64,000 bases of DNA. Source: Octopus vulgaris (lineage: Eukaryota). The position numbers were made by a program, and so were the translations under genes. This document shows positions 14,901-28,727 of the stretch, piece by piece; position 1 is the stretch's first letter, and the number at the start of each line of letters is the position of its first letter. A model generated the notes under the pieces. It did no database searches. It was not told where the DNA came from and worked only from the letters and a program-made list of their open reading frames with translations. The DNA lies in contig OX597822.1 in the NCBI GenBank assembly GCA_951406725.2, positions 49,290,001 to 49,354,000 of the forward strand, written 5' to 3'.

Positions 14901-15096
14901 GTGGAGCAAAACAAGGTCCTGTTACTGGTTCAGTTTTATTTCTAGCATACGTGAATAGCTCATATCAATGCTATCAAAAACACTATATTACACAAATTTA
15001 TTAATGACACCAACTTATTTCTGAAGAAAACTTATAGATAAACTGAACATAAGAATAAAAATCTATATTTTAAAGGATTAATATTTGGAAAACATG

Positions 15097-15310
15097 AGGC
15101 GGTGAGCCAGCAGACTCATTAGTTCGCCGGGCAAAATGCTTAGCGTCATTTCATCTGATTTTACGTTCTGAGTTCAAATTCCGGCAAGGCTGACTTTGCT
15201 TTTCATCCTTTTGGGGTCGATAAAATAAGTACCAGTTGAGCACTGGGGTCGTTGTAATCGACTTACCCCGTCCCCGAACTTGCTGGGTTTGTGCCAAAAT
15301 TTGAAAGCAA
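15097..15310 (+). mobile_element. SINE family D
   Basis: GGCGGTGAGC..GCAGA..C.TTAG...GAGTTCAAATTCC...GATAAAATAAGTACCAGTTGAGCACTGGGG; a relative lies at about 2550-2695. Confidence 0.8.
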
Positions 15311-16011
15311 TATTGGGAAAACATTCCCTAATCTAAACAAATATGAATATATTTTATTTTAAATAGAAGAAAAAACATTTTCTGACAGAATAAGCTGAAA
15401 TTTTCTGAAAATGTGTTCTGCCATAACAAATATACTAAATATCATGAAGCGTTGATGTTCGAGGGTTTTAATTTGAATCAACATGTCAAATATCTATTAA
15501 CTAAGCTTCGACGTGCTAATGGTGAACTGGCAAACACGGGTAAAATGAGATAGAAAATCTCACAGACCTGGTGTGTTGCAGCTACACATAGTCAAATAAA
15601 TGGATACCTAGCATAAGTGTTTCTTCAAAAGAAATTTTCTTAAAATGTTATTTCTTCTTTTACTCAAACCTAAACTGTATTTCTTTGTATTGAATATTTT
15701 AGAATACTTTGGTTGATGTAATGTGAAAATATGCTGAATATGCAAGTACTAAAAAAGAAGGCTTAATGAGTTGTAACAAAGCAAAGAAATTCTATATCCA
15801 TAATTTTTATCCTCCTGCATAACAGTACTAAATTTTCAGAAACTTATCATTGGCGCTCCTTTTCATATATTTTCTCATACAAAAATATTTTAGATATGCC
15901 GTATCTAAAAGCAGGAATAACACAATAACCTATCACGAAATATATGCCAACTAATTGATAACTGCCGACAGGTTGATCTTACCATGGGATGAATATAACT
16001 GGGAAACTTAA

Positions 16012-16500
16012 TTACACTGGTCAACAGCCAATTTTCATCAGGGATATTATATGGTGTTTTATATGTAGTTTTGTCCGCAGATTTCAAAAATGTAATCGGT
16101 TTCCTTCTATCAGGCACAGTCTTTCTGATGAGATAAGAGAGGTATATAACTCCTATCAGCAATATCGCTTCACGTAAACGTCTTATACAGGTAAATTCTA
16201 GCTTCTGTTTTATAACTATTTGTATTCATTTTGGAATTTTATGTTTTCATAATCTTTTCTTTTCATAAATTTTACTTTCTGTTTAAGGTGCCAAGTCATC
16301 ATCACCATCAAATTCTACTCAGGATGTCAAGGTATTGCATGAAACTTGGCAAGAAATTTCAGAAGCGAATATTCGTCATCTGATCAGTAACAGGCCTAAT
16401 AGGGTCCTTGCATTGAAAAATGCAAAGGGCATGTCTACCAAATATTAAATTTACACGTTATAACAATTAATAAATAATTTAAATTTATAATTTCAGATAT
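16012..16500 (+). mobile_element. Tc1-like relic
   Basis: TACACTGGTCAACA TIR-like start; about 16335-16448 reads LHETWQEISEANIRHLISNRPNRVLALKNAKGMSTKY*, a typical Tc1 C-terminus. Confidence 0.6.
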
Positions 16501-16564
16501 AAATAAATTTTAATGATTATAAATGTGTTTATTTACTTCTGGTATGTCTATGTATATATCTAAG

Positions 16565-17245
16565 TATGCGTGTCGTTGTGTCTAATTGCTACTGCCACAC
16601 GCCGTTCATATGTATATACATGTATACTTTTGCGTTTTTACTTATCACCCTCATCCACCGCTTGATAATTGGTGTTGCTTTATTTATCTCCTCGGTAAAA
16701 GATGCACTGAGTACCAGACTTAAAAGAATCATAAGCAGTAATGGTGATTTGTCGGATTAAAACCTGTATGGAGGTGCTCCTCCCCAATGGCAGCAGTTCA
16801 ATGATTGAAATAAAAGATAAAACATAAAAGATATATATAGGCGCAGGAAGAAGAACTTTGCTTTCCAATCACATGGTTCTGGGTTCCGTCTCACTGCATG
16901 GAACCTACTATAGCCCCTTGTCGAGCAAAACCTTGTGAGAGTATTAGGTTGACAGAAACTGAAAGAAGCTCGTTATATATATATGTGTGTGCGTGACTGC
17001 GTGCGTGCGCGTGCATGCGCTCGTGTGTGTTTGTTTCGCACCATCATTTGACAACCAGTGTCGGTTTGTTTAAGTCCTCGTAATATAGTTATTCAATAAA
17101 AGAGACTGATAGAAAAAGTACCAAGTTTTAAAAACTAAGTCCCGAGGTCGATTCATTCGCCAAGGACCCTTCAAGTCGGTGCTCCAGCATGGCTGTAGTT
17201 CAATCACGGATACAAGTAAAAGGTAAAAGCTACAAGATAAAAGAT
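16565..17245 (+). mobile_element. Two adjacent SINE family A copies (3' half at about 16640-16830, then a full copy from 16839)
   Basis: CCGCTTGATAA...GGTGCTCC...AAAAGAT followed by AGGCGCAGG...GGTGCTCCAGCATGG...tail. Confidence 0.75.
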
Positions 17246-17299
17246 ATATAAATACATGCAATTATAATTTGATATATTTATCTTACATGCTCTCAAATG

Positions 17300-17900
17300 A
17301 TTTCCCATTGATTTTTTATTGCCTCCTATGAAACAATGCTGCCCACATATACTCCTACTGTCTATAAACTGATTATATGCTGACTTTTTAATTATTCTTA
17401 TGTGCTTTAATGCATATTTAACGCATATTTCCTCGACTGATGTTCTACTGACTTTCTACTTATTTTTAACGGATTCTGTATACATTCCCTATTTGTTCTG
17501 AACTGATGCTCCACACTTATCCCATTCGCTTTCTACTGAACCTCAGCTGTTTTTTGTCTGAATGGAGACAAAATGATAACTTTTGACGGTTAAACCAGAC
17601 AATTGTGCTGCTCTTTCAGTGTGTATTGAATCCGTAGAATTTTGCAGCAGTCATAACTAACAATCTTTTATGCTTCTAGGTTACCTCGGTCGAGATGTAA
17701 ACAAGTATTGCTTTGAGTTAGAAGTTAATCTTTGAACTGACTAATTTTCAATCAACTGTAAAACCTTCTGAAACCTTTAAAAGAGATACATACCTCACAA
17801 ACCTTTAAAAGAGATACATACCTCACAAACCTTTAAAAGAGATACATACCTCACAGACAATAACCGACTGTATGGCATTTTTTTACAACTTCTCGAGTGG
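17300..17900 (-). mobile_element. Possible Tc1 N-terminal relic
   Basis: Minus-strand SRPR*PR near 17680-17700 in Tc1-like context; heavily decayed. Confidence 0.3.
17771..17854 (+). repeat. 28-bp tandem repeat x3
   Basis: AAACCTTTAAAAGAGATACATACCTCAC three times. Confidence 0.95.
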
Positions 17901-19137
17901 TCATTAAAAACTTTTGATCAGATGAAACCTAATTATCTCTTTCTATTCCTCAATTAATTTCGAATTCTTTTATTTTTCATTCCTTATCAATTCTCAATTA
18001 ATTCTTACCCAGTTTATTGCTGCTGAATCTCTGTAATAGCGAGGCATTCGGGCCAGGTATAAATGTTCTCCTTTCCTTTCACTAATCTCGGAGTTCCTGG
18101 ACAGGGTCACGAACGTTGCCTTTTCTCCTTTGAGTAAACCATTAAAAAGAATCAAATTTAAGTTATTTTTATATTGAGTTAAGTCGATAATATAATTTAT
18201 TCAATTATGATAAGAGATTAGCTACCCCTTGCCCCATTATGAAATTTAATATATATGTTGATATCTTAATTATTGAGGTAAACCAACAGTTATCTGTAAA
18301 TATATTTCTCCTCTGAGGCAAAGTCCGATTTTTGTGAACGTTTTGGATAGAATTTGACTTTACAAAGATCGGGTTCTATCATTATATGTATTATTCACAT
18401 TATGGGGAAAAATATCTAATTTATAACATTATTTCGTCAATAATACTATAAATAACTCAGGGATTACAGAGACAGACTACATAGTTAAAATAGATTTCTT
18501 CCTTTCTCTGGTGTCAAGTATCACTGTTGTGATTGATCAATAATTATTGCTTTATCTTACACAAATGTATTTCTAAGAAGAGAGATTATTTTATTTAGTC
18601 TTCCCCAGGTTTTACTTGCCCTCTCTTTCTGTCTCCCTTTTTATCGCCCTCCTGTTAATAACACTAAATTCTATCAAAGAATCCGTTTGACATTCCGATT
18701 TTAAATAGTCATGGATGTTAGAAATTAAGCCAGGAGCAAACACATTGTATCAATGATAATGATTGAATCATGTAATATGTTCAACTAAGCTGCTGTCAGC
18801 TCTGGTCAACATTTATAGATGCTTATGAATATCACAAATTGTACATGCTTGTACATGACACGAATATAATGCGTATTTAACTGCTCCAATCGATAACGCT
18901 GGAAATAGTATATCATTTTGTAAAAGGATATACATCTCGTAGATATTACAAACAATAAAACTCAATAAGCCAAACATTGTTATTATTTTTGAAAATGTGA
19001 AACATTACTCCAGCAGAAGTAACAGTGCCGGACTAAATGACCTGTGCTATTTAAATAGCGTCAATGTTCGTTCTGATATGAGACCCTGCCAGTTAATCTT
19101 TACCTTTGATTAATTTGGGATCAATAAAACATAGCAC

Positions 19138-19921
19138 TCCTCCTTTTCTGGAGGAATGGTACGACAAAACCCTCTCACTGCGAAGCGTAGCTATCTCTGG
19201 GAGAACAATGCGAGATAGAAAGAGAGAGTGAGAGAAAGGGAGAGTAAGAGAGAGAGAGAGAGAGAGAGAGAACCTGAGAGAGAAAGAGAAAGAGAAGAAT
19301 CAACCCCTAATACGACTCCCAAAAGATAAAAATTATCTATACATTCTCTCCAAAATATGAGACCTTGTGCCAACGTCAGAAATCAATATTTCCGAAATAA
19401 GAGGACACGACTGTAGCAGAAATACCAGGTAGCTGGACAAAATGCATTGAGGTTTTTTATATCATGTGAAATCGATTCCCACTGAAACTACCTTCGCTGC
19501 TCAAAACTTTTGGGTCAAAAAAATAAATTTCGTTTACCTACAAGGCTGAAACGCAATCGATTGTGTATCTCCTGTCTAACTTTGTGCAATGTGAGGAATA
19601 AATATTTAAGTAGTGGGGAGAAAACTAATACATAACTTTGTCCGTTTATATTCACCACATTCTCCAGAGTCTCCAGACGGTTTTTGTGGCATGCTGTATA
19701 AAATTGGATTTCTTGTCTCTCGTTCAACGCTCCTCCCTTTCTGGAGGAATGGTACCACAAAACCATCTCACTGCGAAGCGTAGCTAACTCTGGGAGAGCA
19801 ACGCGAGAGAGAAAGAGAGAGTGAGAGAAAGGGAGAGAAAGGGAGAACAAGAGAGAGAGAGAGAACCTGAGAGAGAAAGAGAAAGAGAAAAAATCAACCC
19901 CTAATACGACTCCCAAAAGAT
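19138..19921 (+). repeat. Direct repeat of about 190 bp (19138-19327 and 19730-19921)
   Basis: Both copies read CTCC..TTTCTGGAGGAATGGTAC.ACAAAACC.TCTCACTGCGAAGCGTAGCTA...ATCAACCCCTAATACGACTCCCAAAAGAT. Confidence 0.9.
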
Positions 19922-20764
19922 GAAAAGGGAAGTTGACTTCAACGAGATTTGAACTCGGTGGTGTAAAAAACAGGAACAGTTACCACTACTCCGAGGTGTC
20001 CCTACTTTGTGCCTTATATATGGCTATGTCGGGCTTCGCCGAGATGAAAGAGCCTCTATGATGCCTCTTAGATGTTCCTCAAGCATATCTTGATGTCTTA
20101 AAAATGGCAGGACTCATGTAATATGTAGGTATACATACACTTAAATAGGTGGGACGGCCAGGGCTGGAATATCTTTAATCTAGGACTTAACAGCTCAATT
20201 TTCTCCTTTCATCATCTCTGTTACATGTCAGTTAAACTCCATGCTTACACTTTAAGCAACGTTCTTCCTCTCTTGATCTGTTTTCTTGATCTGAGCAAGG
20301 AATACCCGCGTATTCCTTACGCACTCGATTTGTAACTTCAATTTAGGCTGGTACATGATTGATCTCACCTAACTAGGAACCTGTAAAAAGCTACAGGCTG
20401 CCCAACGTATTCACTATATTACATAAGACTACATAGAAAATAGAGGAGCTCTATGTGAGCTTTATTTCACCGTTTATTTTCACTATGTAAAACACATTGG
20501 ATAGTTCTATTGCTGACATATAGGTGGAATAGATATGGCTGGAATACTGCTGGCTAAACAACAAGACAGAAAATTAAGCATCAACTTATATTTCCATATA
20601 ACAATTATAATTTTATATAGGATCATATAAGGAATAATTGGTTTTTCTTCACATCTCGCATAGAATTTCAAGTGATGTTGCAACTTAGTCAAAGGAACAG
20701 CAAAAAATTCAAAAGAAAAATCAATCGAAGCGAAAATCAATATATATAATATGTTTCATGCTTT

Positions 20765-20970
20765 TGTATCTTTTATCTTTTACATGTTTCAGTCATTAGA
20801 TTGTGGTCATGCTGGGGCACCACCTTCAAAAAATTTTAGTCGATTGAATCGACCCCAGTACTTACATTTTAAAGCCTGGTACTCATTCAATCGGTGTCTT
20901 TTGCCGAACCGATAAGTTACGGGGAAGTAAACAAACCAACATCAGTTGTCAAATGGCAGAGGATGACAAA

Positions 20971-21029
<59 letters not shown>

Positions 21030-21198
21030 ACACACATATACACATACAAACATATACACATACACATACACACACACACACATTTCTTTCAGTTTTCGTC
21101 TACGGCATCCACTCTCATGGCTTTTGTCAGCCCGCAGTTATAGTAGAAAACAGTTGCCCAAGGTACTAAGCAGTGGGATTACCACACAGCCACGCCTA
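20765..21198 (-). mobile_element. SINE family A
   Basis: Reverse-complement match to family consensus with internal (CA)n. Confidence 0.8.
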
Positions 21199-21839
21199 AG
21201 CCTTGTGAGCCGAAATCGTTCCATTTTATGAGATTTATTTTTTTCATTCATTTGCTGCCAGCTGGAGTTTATTATTTGAATTTGCTTCAAAATGCTTAAT
21301 GAAGCATTTTGAAGTTTTCTAAAATTAAAACGTTTCTACTTTTGTTCTGTTTGTCTTTTGTATTTGAAAGTTCAATCCGCTGTCTTAACGCCTAACTGAT
21401 ATTTTAATATTCAACAATTTTGACACTTTGCCTTGCATCGCAACGTTTATAAGACATTTCTTCATCATTGTTTGAGCCTGAACAGTTCTTTTGAGGCAAG
21501 TTGCTACCATACTATAGAACAAAGGTTCTCAACCTACTTAGGCCAAAGCCTTTTGGCCCTTCGAGTCACAAATGACACCCTCCTTGAAATCTGAAAATTC
21601 TTTATCTTGATGCAGTTTTCCATGCTTATTCCAATGAAGCCATGAACTTCTGGAATAAAAATTTGACACATCACAATTTTTTTTTTAATTCGTGGTTTTA
21701 AAATATCGACAATCCAAATCTACCATTTCTCTTTATAATTTCCAAATAATTTTTTAAATGCTTCAAAATCAAAGTTGTGGAAATATGAGTGCCAGAAACA
21801 GTAGTTAAGAATTAAGGAAATATATTTTTGGGAAATCTT

Positions 21840-22353
21840 TTTTTATGACTGATTTTTATTCCGTTATCCTAATAGCTTCTGAAACTTATGCATATACATG
21901 TGTAAATGCATACATAAACATACAAATACATACACACACTCATACATTTTTACAGAGTTAGCTTTATATACAACCTTGTATATATATAAATATTTCGGCA
22001 TATCTACACAATTGTGCCCCAAAGATTTGTTTCTTCATAACCTTAAAAAAATTAGATATTTCTTTTCTACAAATATGTTTCAGATCAAGTAAATTCCGAT
22101 TAAATTGGAATTCATTGTGATAACTTTGTCCCTGAAAGAGCTTTTAGAAAATCCACACCATTAGTATTTGTTGTATATATATATATATATATATATATAA
22201 ATTTATAAATGAGGATAATATCGATATTTAAATGTATATAAAAATGTATGAGTGTGTGTATATATTTGTATGTTTATGTATGCATTTACACATGTATATG
22301 CATAAGTTTCAGAAGCTATTAGGATAATGGAATAAAAATCAGTCAATAAAAAA
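21840..22353. repeat. Inverted repeat of about 110 bp (21840-21951 / 22239-22353)
   Basis: TTATCCTAATAGCTTCTGAAACTTATGCATATACATGTGTAAATGCATACATAAACATACAAATA and its exact reverse complement. Confidence 0.9.
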
Positions 22354-22399
22354 ACTATTTCGGCATGGTGGTGTCTCTCAGACACCCTCATTTTTAATT

Positions 22400-22432
<33 letters not shown>

Positions 22433-22597
22433 AATAAATATAGGGATGATATTATTAAAATACCCACACAAGTGGTAAGCGAATTATTAGCCGTACAGGC
22501 AAATTAATAAAATATATCCATACAATATTATTTATTGGTAAAAACGGTAAGATAACAAAAGAAAGAAAGAGACCTCAATATTATGTAAATAGAGAAA

Positions 22598-22791
22598 ATG
22601 TATCTGTAAATTAATATGTTACTATTATTCAATAGCCAAGATAAAACTGCGATAAATTCACAACACCATCTCTTCGGTTATCTGGCCAGATAACCGAAGA
22701 GATGGTGTTGTGGATTTCCACTTCGGCATCCGAAACTCAGAGCTTTATCTTGGCTATTGAATAATAGTAACATATTAATTTACAGATACAT
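22598..22791. repeat. About 190-bp palindromic foldback with hammerhead-like motif
   Basis: Perfect outer arms of about 47 bp (TGTATCTGTAAATT...GCCAAGATAAA and its reverse complement) plus a perfect 54-bp inner palindrome centred on TCTGG|CCAGA. Confidence 0.92.
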
Positions 22792-22953
22792 ACAATATTA
22801 TATATGTACATATATACACAAGGGTACTACATGAGTACCTATATCGCTAATGATAGAAGTCAAAAAATACTTCCGTACCACCGAATAGTCACACATCTGT
22901 TAAAGGCAAGATAGGAAAAAATATCAGTGAACAATAATAACGTCTAATATACG

Positions 22954-22990
<37 letters not shown>

Positions 22991-22991
<1 letters not shown>

Positions 22992-24279
22992 CAGGTCATC
23001 CTGTAAGTCCAGTCCGAATTTTGAATAAAGACAAGTGATCAAATGTTATACTTAATTGAAATTTATTCGTCAATGTACTTTCCTTGATTATCTATGACTT
23101 TCTTCCATTTATTTACAAACTTTTTAATCCCATGAATGTAAAACTCTTTTGGTTTCAAAGCGAAGAACTCTGGAATGTCAGTTTCGACCTCCTCCTGGCT
23201 TGCGAAAGTTATGTCCCCCAAATGATTCTGTAAACTAAGAAACAAATGGTAGTCTGAAGGAGCAAGGTCGGGAGAATAAGGTGGATGAGAATTTTTTCCC
23301 AACCAACCAAGGTCTTTGATCTTCTGTGATATGATCTTTGTAGCGTGGGGTCGCGCATTGTCCTGATGAAACATCACGCCTTTTCGATTCACTAACGCGG
23401 GTCTTCTTTTTCTTCAAAGCTTGGTTCAAACGCTCTAATTGCTGACAGTAGACTTGAGCATTGATTATTGCATTAGCTGGTAACAATTCAAATTGAATTA
23501 CTCCTTTGCAACCCCACCAGATAGAGAGAAGAACTTTTTCCCGTGAAGTTCCCTTCTCGGTTGTGGTTGAGTTTTTTTCCTTTTACCAAGCCACTGTTCA
23601 CAACATTTACCATTTCGATAGAAGATCTATTTTTCGTCACCAGTCACAAGTCTATCCAAAACGGGTGAAATGAGTAGGCGTGAATGGAGAGAAGAGCAGA
23701 TGTCAACTCGGGATATGTGATTGCTTTCGGACAATTCATGAGCCACCCATTTTCTAAGTTTCGGAACCTTTCCAAGTTGTTGAATATGATAATGAACTGT
23801 TGTGTGGTTTGAACTAAGCTTTATTGCCAATTCTTCAACTGATAATGCAGGATTTTCTCCAAATAATATCTCAAGGAGATTATCATCAAACTCAACTGGA
23901 CGTTCTGTTCGATCTTCATCTTCAAGGCTGAAATCTCCACATCTGAATTGTGAAAACCATCTTCTGCAAGTTCTTTTATTCAAGTATTCTTTCCTATAAA
24001 CTGAGTGCATGTTTCGAGTCGCTTCGGCTGCTGAGTTTCCTTTTTTGTACTCATAAAGCATTATGTGCCTTAAATGCTCTTTGGATACTTCCATGCTAGA
24101 GAGGGTATTAATCAAATAAATTTCAATTCTATTATTCTATAAAATAATATTTAATTAGTTTAAATGTACACAAATGCATATAAATAATTTTAATTCCATT
24201 AAACATTCTAAAATACTATTAAATTTCATTTTATTTTTAAAAAAATGTAAAATCGGACAGAACTTATGGGATGACCTGA
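22991..24279 (-). mobile_element. Full-length mariner (DD34D) transposon, inactivated
   Basis: TIRs TCAGGTCATCC(T/C)(G/A)TAAGT..GTCCGA at both ends with TA flanks; split ORFs with WVAHEL, VTGDEK, HQDNARPH, YSPDLAPSDYHLF; stop and frameshifts. Confidence 0.95.
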
Positions 24280-24384
24280 TATATGTATGTGTGTATATAT
24301 ACGTATTGTTTCAATTATATCTTTATAAACGCACGTACACACATAAAAACTAGCACACTGTCGGTTACGACAATCACAAATATT

Positions 24385-24495
24385 CAAAACTTCTTCATCA
24401 CTCTTCCAGCTTAATTTTTCCTCTTAAAAATCAGGCTTTCGTCGATTTGGACTATATGTCGTACCACTGCACGGCTGTCTGTCTGCTAATATTGT
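24385..24495 (-). pseudogene. Merlin/IS1595-type transposase relic
   Basis: Minus strand reads NISRQTAVQWY then, in another frame, HIVQIDESLIFKRKN*AGRV, matching the recalled Merlin (V/I)(Q/E)IDES...KRK...GR motif. Confidence 0.65.
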
Positions 24496-24717
24496 TGTTG
24501 GACATACAGCATGTCACTGGTATTTCACATATAAAGTCCAGGATTATGTGAAAAATAATGTGAAAAATGTTTCCCATTTATGATGCTTCTGTATTTATTT
24601 CCTCTAATGTCTAACAATATATTTAACTACAAATGGCTTTATGGCACTTAATAGACATATATGTTCTATCATTTCTGAACATGTATCTCGGAAATATACA
24701 TCTCATATAAATTCTCT

Positions 24718-24838
<121 letters not shown>

Positions 24839-27536
24839 CAATTGACTTTCTTCCATAAAAGTAGTAAAAAATTATTTGGAAATTATAAACAGAGACGAAT
24901 GGTGAATTTGGACTGTCTGTATTTTAAAACCCCGAATGAAAAAAAATAAAGAGTGGAGGGGATTTTCTTTTTGCATAATCTTATCAATTCAATTACGCAG
25001 ATCGAAAATTTTGTATGTATGTATGTGTGTATGTGAGTGTCTGCGTGTACGTTTGTGTGTATGTGCGTGCAATGAGTAGTTTCCAGCTATGAAATTCCAC
25101 TCACAGCTCTCGTATGTAGTATATGGCACTTGCCCAATGTATCACGCAGATAGAACCTTGAACCTCATAAACATGGCTGCGCACTCAGAATAGGATTTTT
25201 GAAAGAAGTGAATTATGATTTTAGCGGCATAACAATCGGATCTTAAAATCAGATCACCGACTCTGTTAACTGTCGGTTTAGACTTTTACCAAAATTCATC
25301 GTTTATTCATTACCGAGTTTATTAAAGCAGAATCTTAAGAGAATAAACAAACAACATTCGAAGTTGAACTCAATGCTTCACTAATCGAATTAACGCTTTT
25401 GACGAATGCGTTTATATCAAGATTTGAATGAAGTAAAATGTGTGAGATTTGATTTTTTTCTTTTCTTTTATTTATCATTTTCAGGAAGGAAATACTATCA
25501 AAAGTTTCTTTGTTTTATTACACATTATCGATCAGAGAACGAACTCAGTAACACATTAAACGATAGAGAGAAAAAAATGGATTAATGAACTCTTTAAACC
25601 AAATATGTACAGCTGTGCTATCTAACTAAACGTATTATGTTTGGTTATAGTTTATATCAAAAGCTGACAAATATAACCAGAAGCTATCCATCATGTTTGT
25701 TATAGCTTGTTAATACAGTTTATTTTTTATTGTCATCATTTGTAGAATAACTTACGGCAATTGATGATCTTTAGTTAACATTTGCTGACAACGATAGCCA
25801 CAAATGAATGAGGAAATGTGGAAATGGCAACAGAATAACAACACACAGTGTGTCTGTGTGTGGAGAAAAACAACGAAGATAAATAAATCAATAGAAGCAA
25901 AAACAAGATTTAAAGTGAATAGAAAAAAGCGTAAAAAGGAGCATAAACATAAATAAATAAATAAAAAATGAATAAACGTATCGATAAGAAGTGAGTGAAG
26001 AGAAGTGAGGAGTGCAATATGGTGCAGTTTGATAAGAAAAAAATAAACAAACAATGTAATCGATAACAGACTTTAAAAGATAAAATTATGTAATGATTCG
26101 ATTGTTGAAAGAGGAAATAAGAAATATTTAAAGCAATAACATCTCCATATAAAACAAACAACAAACAATTGGCAACAAAATCGTGAATTGGCGGTAAAAG
26201 TAACTAACAACAGTTGTAGGAATATGAAAATATAAATAAAAATACCAATATCATCAGGGATACACATTAAATTGCGTATCTTTTTTATTTTTAGCCTCAA
26301 CTAATCATACATCATTAATGTAAGTTTGAAACCTTTCGCCGGAAACACTGAATGTTGTAACATCAAATGTTGCTTGAAACTATAACGTTTTTAATAACAA
26401 CTTTCATATCCTTTCTATTTAAATGCCATTTTCATCTATATTTTCACCAGTCCATTCTCCCATTACACAGCGCAATATACTTTATACTAACTAATATCTG
26501 AGACTTGTCTTTGACTAACTTGGAGGGTGCTGTGTTCAAAATCACATTAGTTTCTGTTTATTACAACAGTGCTTTTGTTCTACGATATACCATCATATTA
26601 TTTTGATAATAACTGTGAAAATGTATACGATTACAAGAACTTGACTAAAATACATTTAGTTGACGTATTAGTTATAGCCATTCTGGAAAATATTTGCTCC
26701 ATCAGTTCTAGCTTTGGAATTACAGCATATATTCAATGGACTACACTGAGTGCAGCGCATAATCTTTAATTTCGGAGTTTTAAACATTTCTTGTTGCAAC
26801 TATTCATAGAGGACATTAATACCTTAGTATTAATTTGCATGGATGTAACGTGACCATCAAGATCTATTACAGCTGGGGGAATTAAGCTAAGCGAACTATT
26901 TCTTCTGGATATATCGACAAGAGGTGATAGGGAACGTAAGATATATACTTGATGGTAGATTTCTGGTTCAAACTTCAATGGGATTATCCTGGCTGTTATC
27001 ATTCCAGTAAATCATATGAAAGAAACTTCATACACAGTAGTTTGATTCACGAAATTTACAACTTTAATGTTTAGACTTGAATTTAGAAATTGCATGAGTA
27101 ATCTGAAAAATGCTCTGTGGTTTGTTGGGATGTGCTTTTGTGTTAATGAAAAATATTTTCATTCTCGTGTTATTGTAATATTTTCTGACAAACAGTGTGC
27201 AGTTTGATTATGTGTTCTGTTTATAAGTTTCTTTATATAATTATGCAGTTATCCGTTCTGTAAACAAGATGCATTTGTTTTAGTATATATCATTTGTAAT
27301 AAATAAGTACTTTTGGTTGAGTGCTTGATCTTTTATAACAATATCGGTGAAGTTGTTGCAATGCGTTATGTTGTAGTCTACTAATCTATTAGTGTACCAG
27401 TAATTCACTAATGTTTGTTCCACAACATCCACGTATTTGTGACGTGAACCCTTTCACCATATAGCCACTCATGCACTAATGTAATTTTTCTCATATAGTT
27501 AAGATTTTTAATATACTGAACTTTAAATAAAACCTT

Positions 27537-28703
27537 TGTAGGCGGTTGTATCAAAATTTTCATGGGTTAGTTCGGCAGCGTGCCAACGGATGCTAGTACC
27601 TGTATGCTGTAGTCTGCGATTTTGTCATGGACAGGAATTTGGGACAAAAATCCAACGTGAAATTTAGCGTCAAACTCGAGAGGTCTGCTACAGAGATATT
27701 GAGTATGCTTTGGCAAGCTTGCGACGATGAGGCTATGGGTCGTAGGCACTGGTTCGAGTGGCACGGGTGCTTCAAAAGTAGAAGAACGTCCCTGGAAGAC
27801 GATGAGCAATCTGGAAGAACTTCAACGAGCGTCAAACCCGGAAATGGGGAGAAAATTCATCAGCTTAGTCATGAGAATAAGTGGAGGACAATCAGCGACA
27901 TTGCAGATGCTGGTGTGTCGCATGAGAACGTGCAGGCAATCCTAACATCTAAATTGAACATGCAGCGTATCTTTGCCAAGTTTGACCCCGTCTGAGCAGA
28001 AAGAACATCGCGTCGAAGTCTGTCAAGATCTCCGTTTGTGTGTCGCTGGTGACCCATCCTTCATGTCGAGGATCATCACCGGTGACAAGAGTTGGGTCTA
28101 TGGGTACGATCGTGAGTCGAAGCAGCAGTCCTCACAATGGAAGAGCCCTTCATCTCCACGACCGAATAAAGCACGACAGAACCGCAGCTCGATCAAGAAC
28201 ATGATCACCTTTCTTTTCGATCTTCGCGGTATTGTGCATCGAGAATTTGCACCCTAAGGCCAGACCGTCGATCGAGAGTTTTGAAGTGTTTCTGGGAGGA
28301 CATTCGGCGAAGGCGATCGGATGTGTGGAGCACGAAGAATTGGGTTCTTCACGGCGACAATGTACTCTGTCACCGAGCTCTCCTCAATCGCGTGTTACTC
28401 GCCAAAAACAATATAGAATCGCTTCCGCACCCACCCTATTCGCCAGATTTAAAACCTACGGACTTACATCTCTTCCCCAAGATGAAAATGCAGCTCAAAT
28501 GTCGCCGTTGTCGAGATCAAGAGCGAATCGCAGAAGGTCCTCGATGCGCTTACGGAAAACTACTTCCAAGCTGGTAGGCACACTGGGACCGATGTTTTGG
28601 TGCGCAGGGTGACCATTGCGAAGGAGATGATGTTAAAGATTAAGTAAATATGTAATTTTTATTAAACATAACTAGTCCGGAAACCTTTTGAAACCGCCTT
28701 GTA
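27537..28703 (+). mobile_element. Mariner transposon, degenerate
   Basis: Imperfect TIRs (AGGCGGTT..CAAAA..TT / AACCTTTTGAAACCGCCTTGTA); fragments SLEDDEQSGR, IITGDKSWVYGYD, LHGDN, HPPYSPDLKPTD. Confidence 0.9.
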
Positions 28704-28727
28704 TGTTGCTACTTGATGCAAATTTAT

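Noticed and set aside
17771-17854. 28-bp repeat array as possible CRISPR
   Set aside because: No spacers, and the context is eukaryotic.
18005-18128. Minus-strand open stretch ending at a GGTAAGA donor-like site
   Set aside because: The translation resembles nothing I recognise and there is no clear acceptor.
26766-27002. 78-aa minus-strand ORF (and similar ones at 8544, 20507, 58817)
   Set aside because: No recognisable motif or splice support; length is compatible with chance.
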